Origin: Brevundimonas sp.
Lineage (GTDB): Bacteria > Pseudomonadota > Alphaproteobacteria > Caulobacterales > Caulobacteraceae
DNA length: 64,000 nucleotides
Assembly (NCBI RefSeq): GCF_031412435.1
Contig: NZ_JANODA010000083.1
Span: 17,220-81,219 of the forward strand
Direction of reading: 5' to 3'
Shown: positions 55,085 through 64,000 of the stretch, piece after piece
Position numbering within the stretch: the stretch's first letter is position 1
Layout: the number at the start of each line of letters is the position of its first letter
Translations under genes and position numbers: made by a program
The notes under the pieces: generated by a model
The model's input: only the letters and a program-made list of their open reading frames with translations
What the model was told of the DNA's origin: nothing
Database searches by the model: none

Positions 55085-56185
55085 ATGACCAGCCTCGGCC
55101 AAACCGTCGCCGCGATCAAAGCACGACGACCGAAACAAGCCAGCAGAACTAGGGCCGCTGGACTGGCGGTCGTTGGAGGGTTCGGGACTAACCCGGGAAA
55201 CCTCACGATGAAGATCCACGTGCCCGCGAAGTTGACGCCTGAAGCTGGCCTGGTCGTTGTGATGCACGGATGCACTCAGACGTCGGAGGATTTCGCCGGC
55301 CCCGTCGGCTGGATCGAGTTGGCCGACCGGTTCGGCTTCGTCGTCGTGGCTCCCGAGCAGAGCCGGGCAAACAACTCGAACCTCTGCTTCAACTGGTATG
55401 GGCCCGGCGACATCAGGCGGGGGGCAGGGGAGGCGGAATCAATCGCCCAGATGGTGCGGTGCGCGCTCGACCTCCACGACCTGGACCCAAGCCGTGTATT
55501 TGTGACGGGTCTTTCAGCCGGCGGGGCGATGACGTCGGTCATGTTGGCGACTTATCCCGAGATGTTCGCGGGGGGCGCGATCGTTGCAGGGCTTCCTTAC
55601 GGCGTCGCCAACAATCTCGGCGAGGCCCTCGCTGCGATGGCGATGACCGCCCCGCCAACCTCGGCGGTTCTGGCGGATCACGTCCTGTCCAACACCAACC
55701 ACCGCGGACCATGGCCCAAGGTTTCGGTCTGGCATGGCCAGTCCGACAGCCTGGTGCGGCCGGCGGCGGGCGAAGCGGTGGCTGACCAATGGCGGCAACT
55801 TCATGGTGCTCAAAGCCCGCCACGAAAGGCGCGAACGCCCGGCGGGAGAGATTTTGCGGTATGGATGTCCGCTGATGGCGACCCGGTAGTGGAGCTCCAT
55901 CGCATTCACGGGCTCGGCCACGGCGCCGCGGTCAAGGCGAAGGGGAGCGATGGGTGCGGAGCCGCTTCGTCCTACACCCCTGAGGTAGGGGTCTCATCCA
56001 GCTTCGAGATCGCCCTGGGGTGGGGCCTGGCCGATGCCTTGGCTACGACATCCGATCCTGCGTCGCGTGATGGTGCTGGCGGCCGCGGGCCTGGCCACAT
56101 CGTACCGCCCACGCCGGCGGTGAGCGCCAACGGTATTGAGGATGTGATCAATCGCGCCTTGAGGTCGGCCGGACTGTTGAAGTGA
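55085..56185 (+). CDS. PHB-depolymerase-family esterase (LpqC-like)
   Basis: ...GTNPGNLTMKIHVP...VVVMHGCTQT...CFNWY...VTGLSAGGAM (GxSxG)... is typical of the esterase_phb family. Confidence 0.8.
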   Translation: MTSLGQTVAAIKARRPKQASRTRAAGLAVVGGFGTNPGNLTMKIHVPAKLTPEAGLVVVMHGCTQTSEDFAGPVGWIELADRFGFVVVAPEQSRANNSNLCFNWYGPGDIRRGAGEAESIAQMVRCALDLHDLDPSRVFVTGLSAGGAMTSVMLATYPEMFAGGAIVAGLPYGVANNLGEALAAMAMTAPPTSAVLADHVLSNTNHRGPWPKVSVWHGQSDSLVRPAAGEAVADQWRQLHGAQSPPRKARTPGGRDFAVWMSADGDPVVELHRIHGLGHGAAVKAKGSDGCGAASSYTPEVGVSSSFEIALGWGLADALATTSDPASRDGAGGRGPGHIVPPTPAVSANGIEDVINRALRSAGLLK

Positions 56186-56206
56186 GCGCATCTGTCCGGC
56201 TGCGTG

Positions 56207-57017
56207 GTGCTGTCAGGCGAACGATAAAGGGTCTCCGGTATTTGTGGCGTCAGCCACTGACGGGGATCAAATTTCGGGCAGTCGATTTCGTTCAAGCGCC
56301 ACCGGTTTCCGGCGGATGTCATCCTCCAGGCCGTCTGGCTCTACTTTCGCTTCAGCGTCAGTTTTCGTGACCTCGAGGAGTTGAGGGCGCAACGCGGGGT
56401 CGACGTCAGCTATGAGACGATCCGGTGCTGGACGATCAAATTCGGACCGCTGATCGCGCGGCGGCTGAAGCGCGTCGGCCAGTTCCATCGCCTCGTTGGC
56501 ATCCGGATGAAATGGTTTGCTGGATCGGCGGCAAGCGGATGTATCTGTGGCGGGCTGTCGATGACGAAGGCGAGGTCCTAGACCTGGTCGTCCAGCGCCG
56601 GCGGGGCACGAACGCTGCGTTGAAGCTGCTCAGGCGGCTCCTTAATAACCCGCCGGTCGAGCCCCAGACGATCACGACCGACGGCCTGGGCTCCTACGGC
56701 GCGGCTCTGGATCAACTGGGTCTGAGGCATCTGCATCGACCGGGCCGGCTTCGCGAGAACAACCGGGTTGAGAACTTCCATTTCCCGATCCGGCTACGAG
56801 AGCGGCAGCAGCGGTTCAAATCCCAGGCTTCAGCTCAGAGATTCCTCACCACCCATGCAGCGATCTACAACACCTTCAACATCCGGCGCCATCTGATCAG
56901 CAGACCCACCCTTCGCCGCTTCCGCGCCCACGCGGACGGCGCCTGGGCGGCTGCTGTTGCCTGATCGGGCCGGCGATTGGGGGCCTCTCAAGCGGGAAGA
57001 GTTATCCTGACAACGCC
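56207..57017 (+). mobile_element. IS6-family insertion sequence, copy 2 (diverged, defective), inverted relative to copy 1
   Basis: Left IR GTGCTGTCAGGCGAAC (56207-). Right end ...GTTATCCTGACAACGCC (to ~57017) is the complement of GGCGTTGTCAGGATAAC. The internal transposase is broken. Confidence 0.75.
56291..56964 (+). pseudogene. IS6-family transposase pseudogene (start codon lost, frameshift after ...ARRLKR)
   Basis: FKRHRFPADVILQAVWLYFRFSVSFRDLEEL...VSYETIRCWTIKFGPLIARRLKR in one frame, RRPVPSPRWHPDEMVCWIGGKRMYLWRAVDDEGEVLD... in the next. No ATG or GTG at the position of the copy-1 start. Confidence 0.8.
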
Positions 57018-57071
57018 CTCTGCTTAACTCTGCTGGCCTGACAGATGCAATGAAGCTATACTGTATCTGAA

Positions 57072-57833
57072 ATGACCACATCAACAGCGGACACTCGAAA
57101 ACTCTACCAGCAGGTCGCCGCCACGATCGCGAACAACATCGCTACCGGCCGGCACACCGTGGGAGACAGGCTGCCGTCCGAACGCGACTTGGCCGAGGAC
57201 CTCGGCGTCAGCCGACCGACGGTCCGAGAGGCGATGATCGCTCTTGAAATCCGCGGATTGGTCGAGGTGCGCCATGGATCGGGGGTCTATGTGACGCAAG
57301 CGACCACGACCGGCCCGGCGCCCGAACTGGACATCGGGGCCTTCGAACTCACAGAGGCGCGCCGCCTGTTTGAAGGCGAGGCCTGCGCGCTGGCAGCCAG
57401 CGCAATCACTGACGCCGAACTGGCCGAACTGGAAGTGATCCTGGGCGAGATGGAGGGCGAGAACACGCTGGCCTCTCCGATCGGCGAACACGCCGATCGG
57501 CGGTTTCACATGCTGATCGCCGCCGCGACGCGCAATGCAGCGATCCAGATGACAGTCGAGACACTGTGGGATCTGCGCTACCGATCGCCGTTGTGCGCGG
57601 CCATGCTGGAGCGGGCGCGACAGGTCGGCGTCCGCCCCCTGATCGAAGACCACCGCGTGATCGTCGACGCCCTGATCAAGCGCTCGCCGCGCGAGGCCCG
57701 CGAGGCGATGCGGGCCCATCTCAGCAGCGTCATCGACGGCCTTCTGACCGCCACTGAGATGGACGCCCTGGAGGTCACCCGATCCCATGGCGAAGCGCGC
57801 CGTCTGGACGTTGCGCGTCGCTCAACGCTCTGA
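57072..57833 (+). CDS. GntR-family (FadR subfamily, FCD domain) transcriptional regulator
   Basis: ...GDRLPSERDLAEDLGVSRPTVREAMIALEIRGLVEVRHGSGVYV..., followed by a helical FCD-like domain. Confidence 0.85.
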   Translation: MTTSTADTRKLYQQVAATIANNIATGRHTVGDRLPSERDLAEDLGVSRPTVREAMIALEIRGLVEVRHGSGVYVTQATTTGPAPELDIGAFELTEARRLFEGEACALAASAITDAELAELEVILGEMEGENTLASPIGEHADRRFHMLIAAATRNAAIQMTVETLWDLRYRSPLCAAMLERARQVGVRPLIEDHRVIVDALIKRSPREAREAMRAHLSSVIDGLLTATEMDALEVTRSHGEARRLDVARRSTL

Positions 57834-58199
57834 GCGTTCTCTCCAGAGGGTAGACAACCGCCGGGGTCCGCCAAGCCCATGGCTTGGGCCCGGGCGCCGG
57901 CCGTCTCCCTGCCGAAGGTCGCGGCGCAAAAGCGACCGTTGGCCAAAAGACGGATTCAGCGGTTCAGCGGCCCGGAGGACTGAGCGGGATGACCCGATTG
58001 TCTGAGGACTGGATCGTACACGCCGCCAGCAGAGAGCGGCGTCGTGACCGCCTTAGCCACAGCGACCCATAAACTGGTAAGGCCGATTGACGCGTTGGTC
58101 ATGCCAGACTACAGGTGCCGTCTGCTCTTCCCAAGGGTGGCGACTTCCTCGGGGGGCGGCTGAAAGGTCGCCTCCATTTTCCCCGTCCGCCGTGATTCG

Positions 58200-60101
58200 T
58201 TGGGGGACTATTTGCGCACATTTTCATTGTCGGCCGTCATCATCCTCGCCCTGGGCGCCGTCGCCGCGACATCCGCGGCGGCCCAGGAACGGGGGCGTTC
58301 CTACGTTCAGGCGCCGCCCATGAACACCACGGTCGAGACGGTGTTGAGGCCCCAGGTCGAGGCCCTGCTCGACGATCTGGTCGCCAACGGGCGGAGTTAC
58401 CGGCTGGACGGCATCCCGGTTTTCGAAGCCTCGGACAAGTTTTTGCCGGGCAAGATCGCCATCGGCATGGCGCATCTGATCACGTCTTCGGCCCCCTCGG
58501 ACCCGGCGCTGGCAGAGCGGCTGACCGCCTTTCGACGTCTCGCTGACCTGACGCTGGAGGACGCCAACGAAACCTGGGGCATCTACTATTATCTGTCGGC
58601 CCTGCATTCGCTGGAAGTCGCGGGCCTTCTGGATCAGGCCGTAGACCCGGCGACCCTGGCGCGTCTGCGCGAACGCCTGGACTGGCGCAGCTTCGTGCGT
58701 CAGCCGGACCTGACCTTGGTCGACCTGCCCAACAACTACTACGGCGTGGCCTTTAGTGTGGCGCGTCTGCGGTTCCTCCTCGGGTGGGAGGATGAGTCGG
58801 CGAGCGAAGCGTTGCTGGACAAGACCCTCCGGCATTTCCGCGACTATTCCGGCGAGTACGGCTTCGCCGACGAGACCGATGGGGAGGGGCGTTTTGACCG
58901 CTACAGCGTGCTGCTGATCGGCGAGATCGCCCAGAAATTCATCGAGACCGGCCTGACGCCTCCTCCAGACGTCCTGGTCTGGCTGCGCGCCTCGGTGGAT
59001 GTGATACTGCCGCGCCTGAACCTGCGCGGCGAAGGTTTTGAGTACGGCCGCAGCATCGGGGCTTATGGCGAAACCGCCTTCGTCGAGGTGCTGAGTGCTG
59101 CCGCAGCCGTCGGCATTCTCTCCGACGACGAAACGGCGATGGCCTACGCCTTCTCCTCGCGGGTTGCTGCGCGCTACGTCGATTTCTGGCTGGATAGCGG
59201 GACGGGTTCGGTCAACCTTTGGGACCACGGCCGAAAGACCGACGCCTATCGCGGCAAGCACAGAATCCTGGGTGAGAACCTCAGCCTGTCTCACCAGCTG
59301 ATCTACACCAATGCGATCTGGAACCGGCTCGGACTGCAGGATTCCGCGCCCGATGTCGCCTTCTCGACCTGGCTGGATCTCAGGCCCAGATCGACGACGA
59401 CGTGGTTCTCTCGCAGAGACCATGACCGGCTTCTGGTCACCTATCGCGACGGCGATCGATTGATCGGTTTGCCGCTGATCAACGGCGGACCTGCGCAGCA
59501 TATGAATACGCCGTATTTCCCGATCCCGTTCTCGCCGGGCGTTCTGTCCGGCGCCGCGGACGAGACGTTTCCGCAGTTGATCCCCCGCCTGACGATGCGG
59601 GACGGCGCGCAGCTGTCACCTCTGGCCTGGTTCACCGATGTCGAGGTCGACGAAACGGACTCCCGCGCCACGGTCACCTATCGGCAGCAGGCTTGGGATC
59701 GGATGGGCGATGTCGCGCCGGTTTCCGATACCCGGGCTCGCAGTCGCACGACCTACGTCCTCGAGCCCGGCGCCATTCGTCGGACCGACACCCTCGTTCT
59801 CGCGCCGGCTGACGCCGGGGCCGGAATCGATCTGGAGTTTGCAACCTACTCCGGCGCGCCGCGTCGGGACGGCGACCGGGTGGTCTTCGAGGTAGGCGAG
59901 GTCGCTTCGTTCGAAGCGACGGGACTGGACTGCATGGTTTCGCCCGAGGCTCCGGACCCCGAGATCTACGCCACGCCGGTGGGGCCCTTCCGAAGCCTTG
60001 TGAAGTGTCGGGGCATTGCAGGTGAGACGACTGAAGTTTCGTGGGAAATCCGCTTTCGGGTGACCCTCCCGCCATCGATCGTGTCGGTCACCCCTCCATA
60101 G
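58200..60101 (+). CDS. Secreted protein of unknown function (helical N-terminal region and beta-rich C-terminal region; possibly glycan-active)
   Basis: Signal peptide ...LSAVIILALGAVAATSAAAQE. 633-aa ORF between a GntR regulator and a TonB-dependent receptor. The start (TTG 58200) is uncertain. Confidence 0.55.
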   Translation: MGDYLRTFSLSAVIILALGAVAATSAAAQERGRSYVQAPPMNTTVETVLRPQVEALLDDLVANGRSYRLDGIPVFEASDKFLPGKIAIGMAHLITSSAPSDPALAERLTAFRRLADLTLEDANETWGIYYYLSALHSLEVAGLLDQAVDPATLARLRERLDWRSFVRQPDLTLVDLPNNYYGVAFSVARLRFLLGWEDESASEALLDKTLRHFRDYSGEYGFADETDGEGRFDRYSVLLIGEIAQKFIETGLTPPPDVLVWLRASVDVILPRLNLRGEGFEYGRSIGAYGETAFVEVLSAAAAVGILSDDETAMAYAFSSRVAARYVDFWLDSGTGSVNLWDHGRKTDAYRGKHRILGENLSLSHQLIYTNAIWNRLGLQDSAPDVAFSTWLDLRPRSTTTWFSRRDHDRLLVTYRDGDRLIGLPLINGGPAQHMNTPYFPIPFSPGVLSGAADETFPQLIPRLTMRDGAQLSPLAWFTDVEVDETDSRATVTYRQQAWDRMGDVAPVSDTRARSRTTYVLEPGAIRRTDTLVLAPADAGAGIDLEFATYSGAPRRDGDRVVFEVGEVASFEATGLDCMVSPEAPDPEIYATPVGPFRSLVKCRGIAGETTEVSWEIRFRVTLPPSIVSVTPP

Positions 60102-60286
60102 CATGCCCCTTATCGCACCCTCGGTCCTGTCCGCATGACCCGCGGCTGGGAATTTTCGGTCATGACAATTCTCACACCGGCCTGACCAGTTTTGACAAGC
60201 GCCGATTGGCGGTGGTAGCGTTTCCAGAGAGCCAGAAATGACACCGGTATCATGCTGGTGCGAGGCCAGTCGTTGAGGGGCGGAAC

Positions 60287-62950
60287 ATGTTTACGGAATC
60301 GGTTCGTGGTCATTGCAAGATCGTGTTGAAAGCCGTGCTTCTCGGCTCAGTCGCTTGTCTGACCGTGTCGCCCGCGTTCGCGCAGGACGCGGCATCGCCG
60401 TCTGCGCTCGAACCCGCACCCCAGCAGCAGTCCGACCAGGTGGACGAGATCATCGTCACCGGCATCCGCGCCTCCCTGGCTCAAGCCGCCGACATCAAGC
60501 GGGAGTCGTCGCAGATCCTCGACGTCATCACCGCCGACGATGTCGGCAAGCTTCCAGACGCCAACGTCGCCGAAGCGCTTCAGCGTGTGACCGGCGTCCA
60601 GATCACGCGGGTCTTCGGCGAGGGCCAGGCCGTCAATATCCGTGGCCTGCAACAGGTCCGCGTCGAGGTCGATGAGCGCACCCTGCTGGGCTTCTCCGCC
60701 CGTGTTTCACCACCCGAGAACGACAATCTCGGTCGATCTTCTGGCCTGGATTCGGTGCCCTCATCCCTGTTCGGCAGGCTGGAAGTGCGCAAGTCGCCCC
60801 TCGCCAGCCAGGCTGAAGGCGGCCTGGGCGGAACGGTCAATCTGGTGACGCCCAAACCCTTCGATTTCAATTCGCCCAGGCTCTCGCTTCGCGCCCAGGG
60901 CACCTACTCCGATGGATCAGAGGAGTTCGAACCCAGCCTGACCGGCCTGTACACGAGGACCTTCGCCGACGGGATGTTCGGCGTGCTGATCTCCGCCGAG
61001 TACCAGAAGCGAACGTCCAGCGTCCAACTGCTGGAGCGGAACAATTGGCTGACCCGGCGAAACGGCGGCACGACCGACGTTCTGGCTCCGCTGCTTCTTC
61101 AATACGAGAACGTCGATATCGACCGGTCACGTTTCGGGATAAATGGAGCCTTCCAGGGCAGGCTTGGCGCCGACTTCGTTTTCACCGCAGATGCGCTTTA
61201 CTCACGCGTGGACGCCGACCGAACCAACCAGGCCCTGACCTTCAACTTCCCGACCAGCGCGACCGCGACCATCATCACCAACGCTGTCAACGAAGGGGGC
61301 TATCTGGTCGCAGGCACGTCGGTCGGCCGGGTCCGGGTCCAGAATCAACGACGGAAGGATCCGACGGCCAATGCGCTGATCGGTTTGAACGGCCGTTATG
61401 ACGATGGCCGGCTGACGGTCGAAGGCGACGCCTACTACAGCCGTGGGACACTTCGTCAGGAGATCGAAGTGGTCGTGCTGGATTCGGTGACGAACGTCGT
61501 CGGGACCTATGATTTCCGCAACGGCGTAGTGCCCAGCTTGACGCTGGAACGCCCGGCAGGCACGGCCTTCGACCCCAACCTGACCTCCAACTATGTCTTT
61601 CCCACTGCGGGGACCCTGACGCTGCGGGCCGGCTACGTGCCAGCCAACCTTGAGGAATACACAGGCAAGTTCGACGTGGGGTACGAACTCAGGGAGGGCC
61701 TGCGGGTCAGCGGCGGCGTGCGCTACGTCGCTCTGACCTCGGACTTCACCTCCCTGCGTAGTCGCGGCCTGGCGACTGCGGCCGAGCTGGCCCCGTTCGC
61801 CGTAACGGGCAGCCCCTCCTTCCTCGACCGGGTTTCCGGCAACTTCCCACGCAGCTTCCTGTCCTATTATCCGGACCCCGGGTTCCTCTACCCTCGGGTC
61901 CTGGCCACCGAGCCCAGTCTGGATCCGACCCTGCCTCCCGGCACGCTTCGCGCCAATGACGTCCGCGACTTCGATCTCGAGGAAAACACCCTCAGCGGCT
62001 ATGTCATGGTCGACTACGAGACCGAGCTCCTCGGCCGGCCCGCGCGCCTGAACGCCGGCGTCCGGGTGACCGACACCGACTTCTCGGTGGACACCAATGC
62101 GCTGATCAACAACGTTTCAGTGCCCACCACCGACACCAACAGCTACACCAACGTACTGCCCAGCGTGAATTTCACACTGAACCTGACCGACGATTTCCTG
62201 ATGCGGCTGTCCGCGTCGAGAACCCTGCAAAGGGCGGGACTCGCCGATCTGGCCCCCAGCACCTTCATCAACCAGACCAATCTGACGTCTGGAGGCGGCA
62301 ACGCCCAGCTGACTCCGCCGATTTCAGACAATTACGATGTGTCGTTTGAATATTACACGGGCGGCAGCTCAATGCTCGCGGGGGCGATCTTCTACAAGGA
62401 TGTCAGTGACTTCATTTCGACTGGAACGATCGAGGAGACGATCACGATCGGCGGCATCACCGACACGTATCGCACCTCCCGGCCGTTCAACATTGCTTCG
62501 GCTAGGGTGCGAGGCTTCGAGATCGGGGTCACCCAATTCCTGGACTTTCTTCCGGCACCTTTCGACGGCTTTGGCATAATCGCCAACTACACGTTTGCCG
62601 ACAGCGAGGACAGCAATGGCTTCCCGCTCGTCGCGACCTCCAAGCACAGCTACAATCTGGTCGCTCTCTATGAAAAAGGACCTCTGTCGGCCCGCGTCGC
62701 CTACAACTGGCGCGATGATGCGGTGTTCGAGTTCACCCAAGGCCGCCCGGATGTGATCGCGGCGCGGTCACAACTGGACGCGCAACTAGGTTACGATATC
62801 ACGGACACGATCGCCGTTTCGTTTCAGGCCCAGAATCTGATCCCAGAGGATTCCGCAACTGTCGAGATCGCCAACTTCAATCCTACGGCGATAAACAGCT
62901 ACGCCCTGTCAGAGCGCCGTCTCTCCATCGGCATACGCGCCAAGTTCTGA
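60287..62950 (+). CDS. TonB-dependent outer-membrane receptor
   Basis: Signal peptide ...VSPAFAQD, TonB box/plug (DEIIVTGIRASL...ADDVGKLPDANVAEALQRVTGVQI), 887 aa, C-terminus ...SIGIRAKF. Confidence 0.9.
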   Translation: MFTESVRGHCKIVLKAVLLGSVACLTVSPAFAQDAASPSALEPAPQQQSDQVDEIIVTGIRASLAQAADIKRESSQILDVITADDVGKLPDANVAEALQRVTGVQITRVFGEGQAVNIRGLQQVRVEVDERTLLGFSARVSPPENDNLGRSSGLDSVPSSLFGRLEVRKSPLASQAEGGLGGTVNLVTPKPFDFNSPRLSLRAQGTYSDGSEEFEPSLTGLYTRTFADGMFGVLISAEYQKRTSSVQLLERNNWLTRRNGGTTDVLAPLLLQYENVDIDRSRFGINGAFQGRLGADFVFTADALYSRVDADRTNQALTFNFPTSATATIITNAVNEGGYLVAGTSVGRVRVQNQRRKDPTANALIGLNGRYDDGRLTVEGDAYYSRGTLRQEIEVVVLDSVTNVVGTYDFRNGVVPSLTLERPAGTAFDPNLTSNYVFPTAGTLTLRAGYVPANLEEYTGKFDVGYELREGLRVSGGVRYVALTSDFTSLRSRGLATAAELAPFAVTGSPSFLDRVSGNFPRSFLSYYPDPGFLYPRVLATEPSLDPTLPPGTLRANDVRDFDLEENTLSGYVMVDYETELLGRPARLNAGVRVTDTDFSVDTNALINNVSVPTTDTNSYTNVLPSVNFTLNLTDDFLMRLSASRTLQRAGLADLAPSTFINQTNLTSGGGNAQLTPPISDNYDVSFEYYTGGSSMLAGAIFYKDVSDFISTGTIEETITIGGITDTYRTSRPFNIASARVRGFEIGVTQFLDFLPAPFDGFGIIANYTFADSEDSNGFPLVATSKHSYNLVALYEKGPLSARVAYNWRDDAVFEFTQGRPDVIAARSQLDAQLGYDITDTIAVSFQAQNLIPEDSATVEIANFNPTAINSYALSERRLSIGIRAKF

Positions 62951-63267
62951 CGCCGGAGGCGTGAACCGCACTCAGTGACCGCTTACCCCGCGATGCGATG
63001 GACGCTTCGTATCGCGGGATCGGCCTGTCTGGTCAGCGACGCCACGGGCGTCTGCAAGGGTGTTTGTCGTCTATGGATGGCCCCTGCGCTGCAAGAGTGA
63101 ATCTGGTTTGATGTCGGGATATGTCGGGGTGCGGTCATTCTGTCCGGCCTGTTGGCCCGGCGCTGATGTCCGCTGGCCCTGATGGAGTCCGCTAGTCAGG
63201 TCCATGGGCTCAGGACGCCTTGATGTGATGCGCTCGATCTGATTGAGGCTCTGCAAGGAGACTGGAT

Positions 63268-63606
63268 ATGAGCGACCTTCATTGGCTGACGGACGAGCAG
63301 ATGGAGCGGCTCAGGCCGCACTTTCCCAAGAGCCACGGCAGGCCCAGGGTGGACGATCGCCGAGTGCTGAGAGGGACCATCTTCGTCAATCGCAACGGGC
63401 TTCGATGGCGTGACGCGCCGGCGACCTATGGTCCACACAAGACGCTGTACAATCGCTGGAAGCGGTGGATTGAGGCGGGCGTCTTCATCCGGATGATGCA
63501 GGGCCTGTCTCGTCCACGGGTATCGCGACCCCCAGCCTCGAGGCCCGTGCGATGGCGCATCTGGGGTTCCGTCCGGACCGCTCCCGACCCCAACCTGACA
63601 TGCTGA
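63268..63606 (+). pseudogene. IS5-family (DUF4096-type) transposase N-terminal fragment
   Basis: MSDLHWLTDEQMERLRPHFPKSHGRPRVDDRRVLRGTIFVNRNGLRWRDAPATYGPHKTLYNRWKRWIEAGVFIRMMQGL, then non-homologous sequence. No DDE part follows. Confidence 0.6.
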
Positions 63607-63657
63607 GCGCTCCAACAGATTAGGAACAGCCAAGCCAAGTCGCAGCGGATCATCGCA

Positions 63658-63888
63658 TCATGATCGGCCATCATCGCAGGGAGATTGGCGCATCAGGAGG
63701 CTACTCCGCGACGCGATCAGACTGGAAAGGATCTGGAGGTCATTGGTCAGATCGATCGGATCCTCGACCAGTGCGGACCTCAAGGCCGACTTGAGCCAGG
63801 GGCTCATGTCAGGGTGTTCCAGAACCCAACGGATGCGCGCGTCGATCACCTCCAGATCTGCGCAAGGCGTCACGACTTTCTGGCCCAT
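63658..63888 (-). CDS. Small hypothetical protein (76 aa)
   Basis: ATG preceded by GGGGAGG. Weak similarity to the ICE small ORF 5328-5522 (HPDMSPWLKSALRSALVEDPIDLTNDLQIL versus DPAASVALKAVLRDWATRDVVDAANDAAVL). Confidence 0.4.
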   Translation of the reverse strand: MGQKVVTPCADLEVIDARIRWVLEHPDMSPWLKSALRSALVEDPIDLTNDLQILSSLIASRSSLLMRQSPCDDGRS

Positions 63889-64000
63889 TGAAGCCTCCCC
63901 TCTGTTTTGATCCTAACGATTGCAATCGCCGCACGAGCCGGGATCGGCAGTGGACGCGAGAACCGGGCGCGCCGGTCTATGTCTGCAGCCGACACAGGCG

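Noticed and set aside
57072-62950. The GntR regulator and TonB-dependent receptor as the lasso-associated uptake/isopeptidase arm.
   Set aside because: It lies 32 kb from the lasso genes, beyond two IS copies. The intervening 633-aa protein shows no serine-protease GxSxG or S9 signature.
1-64000. CRISPR arrays, rRNA genes, group II introns, retron- or reverse-transcriptase-type and other named defence systems apart from AbiE.
   Set aside because: None were seen: no regularly spaced direct repeats, no rRNA-like conserved blocks, and no RT, Cas, nuclease-helicase or cyclase/effector signatures in any plausible ORF.

Overview
High-GC, alphaproteobacterial-type DNA (Caulobacterales/Sphingomonadales-like gene content; taxon is an inference). 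The window is almost entirely accessory or mobile.

(1) 1-770: the 3' end of an autotransporter gene, a terminator, and a 45-nt 3' fragment of tRNA-Val(UAC) that looks like an att repeat.

(2) ~770-22200: the integrase-proximal part of an integrative conjugative element (ICE).
- A tyrosine integrase.
- An AbiEi/AbiEii module preceded by two 41-bp perfect palindromes.
- AlpA and HTH genes.
- An apparently intact P-type Trb type IV secretion (T4SS) operon: trbB-C-D-E-J-L-F-G-I, a TraF peptidase and a lytic transglycosylase, almost all with overlapping or closely abutting stop/start codons.
- The TraG coupling protein and CopG-, GntR- and XRE-type regulators.
- A hipBA-like toxin-antitoxin module is inserted between trbB and trbC.
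- No relaxase is visible.

(3) 22291-25074: a minimal lasso-peptide cluster. It has a 40-aa precursor, a fused RRE/protease B gene and an Asn-synthetase-like cyclase C gene. It has no exporter or isopeptidase, and no reading of the precursor gives the canonical Thr(-2)/Gly1 cleavage site. This is my best candidate for something new.

(4) 28394-34096: a wecB / nfrB-like / nfrA-like / lipoprotein cluster. It resembles the c-di-GMP-dependent Nfr exopolysaccharide (phage N4 receptor) system, and the glycosyltransferase tail carries clear tandem MshEN motifs.

(5) 34168-57017: two inverted IS6-family copies, the second degenerate. They bracket ~21 kb containing:
- a glycan-utilisation locus (TonB-dependent receptor, GH5, debranching-type glycosidase, serine hydrolase, oxidoreductase, GPH symporter, TetR regulator, PIG-L deacetylase);
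- a decayed P1B-ATPase gene;
- a decayed IS30;
- a PHB-depolymerase-type esterase.

(6) 57072-64000: a GntR regulator, a secreted 633-aa protein, a second TonB-dependent receptor, an IS5-type fragment and a small ORF paralogous to one in the ICE.

No rRNA genes, intact tRNA genes or CRISPR arrays were seen. Many long overlapping or antisense ORFs in the track are GC-bias artefacts.
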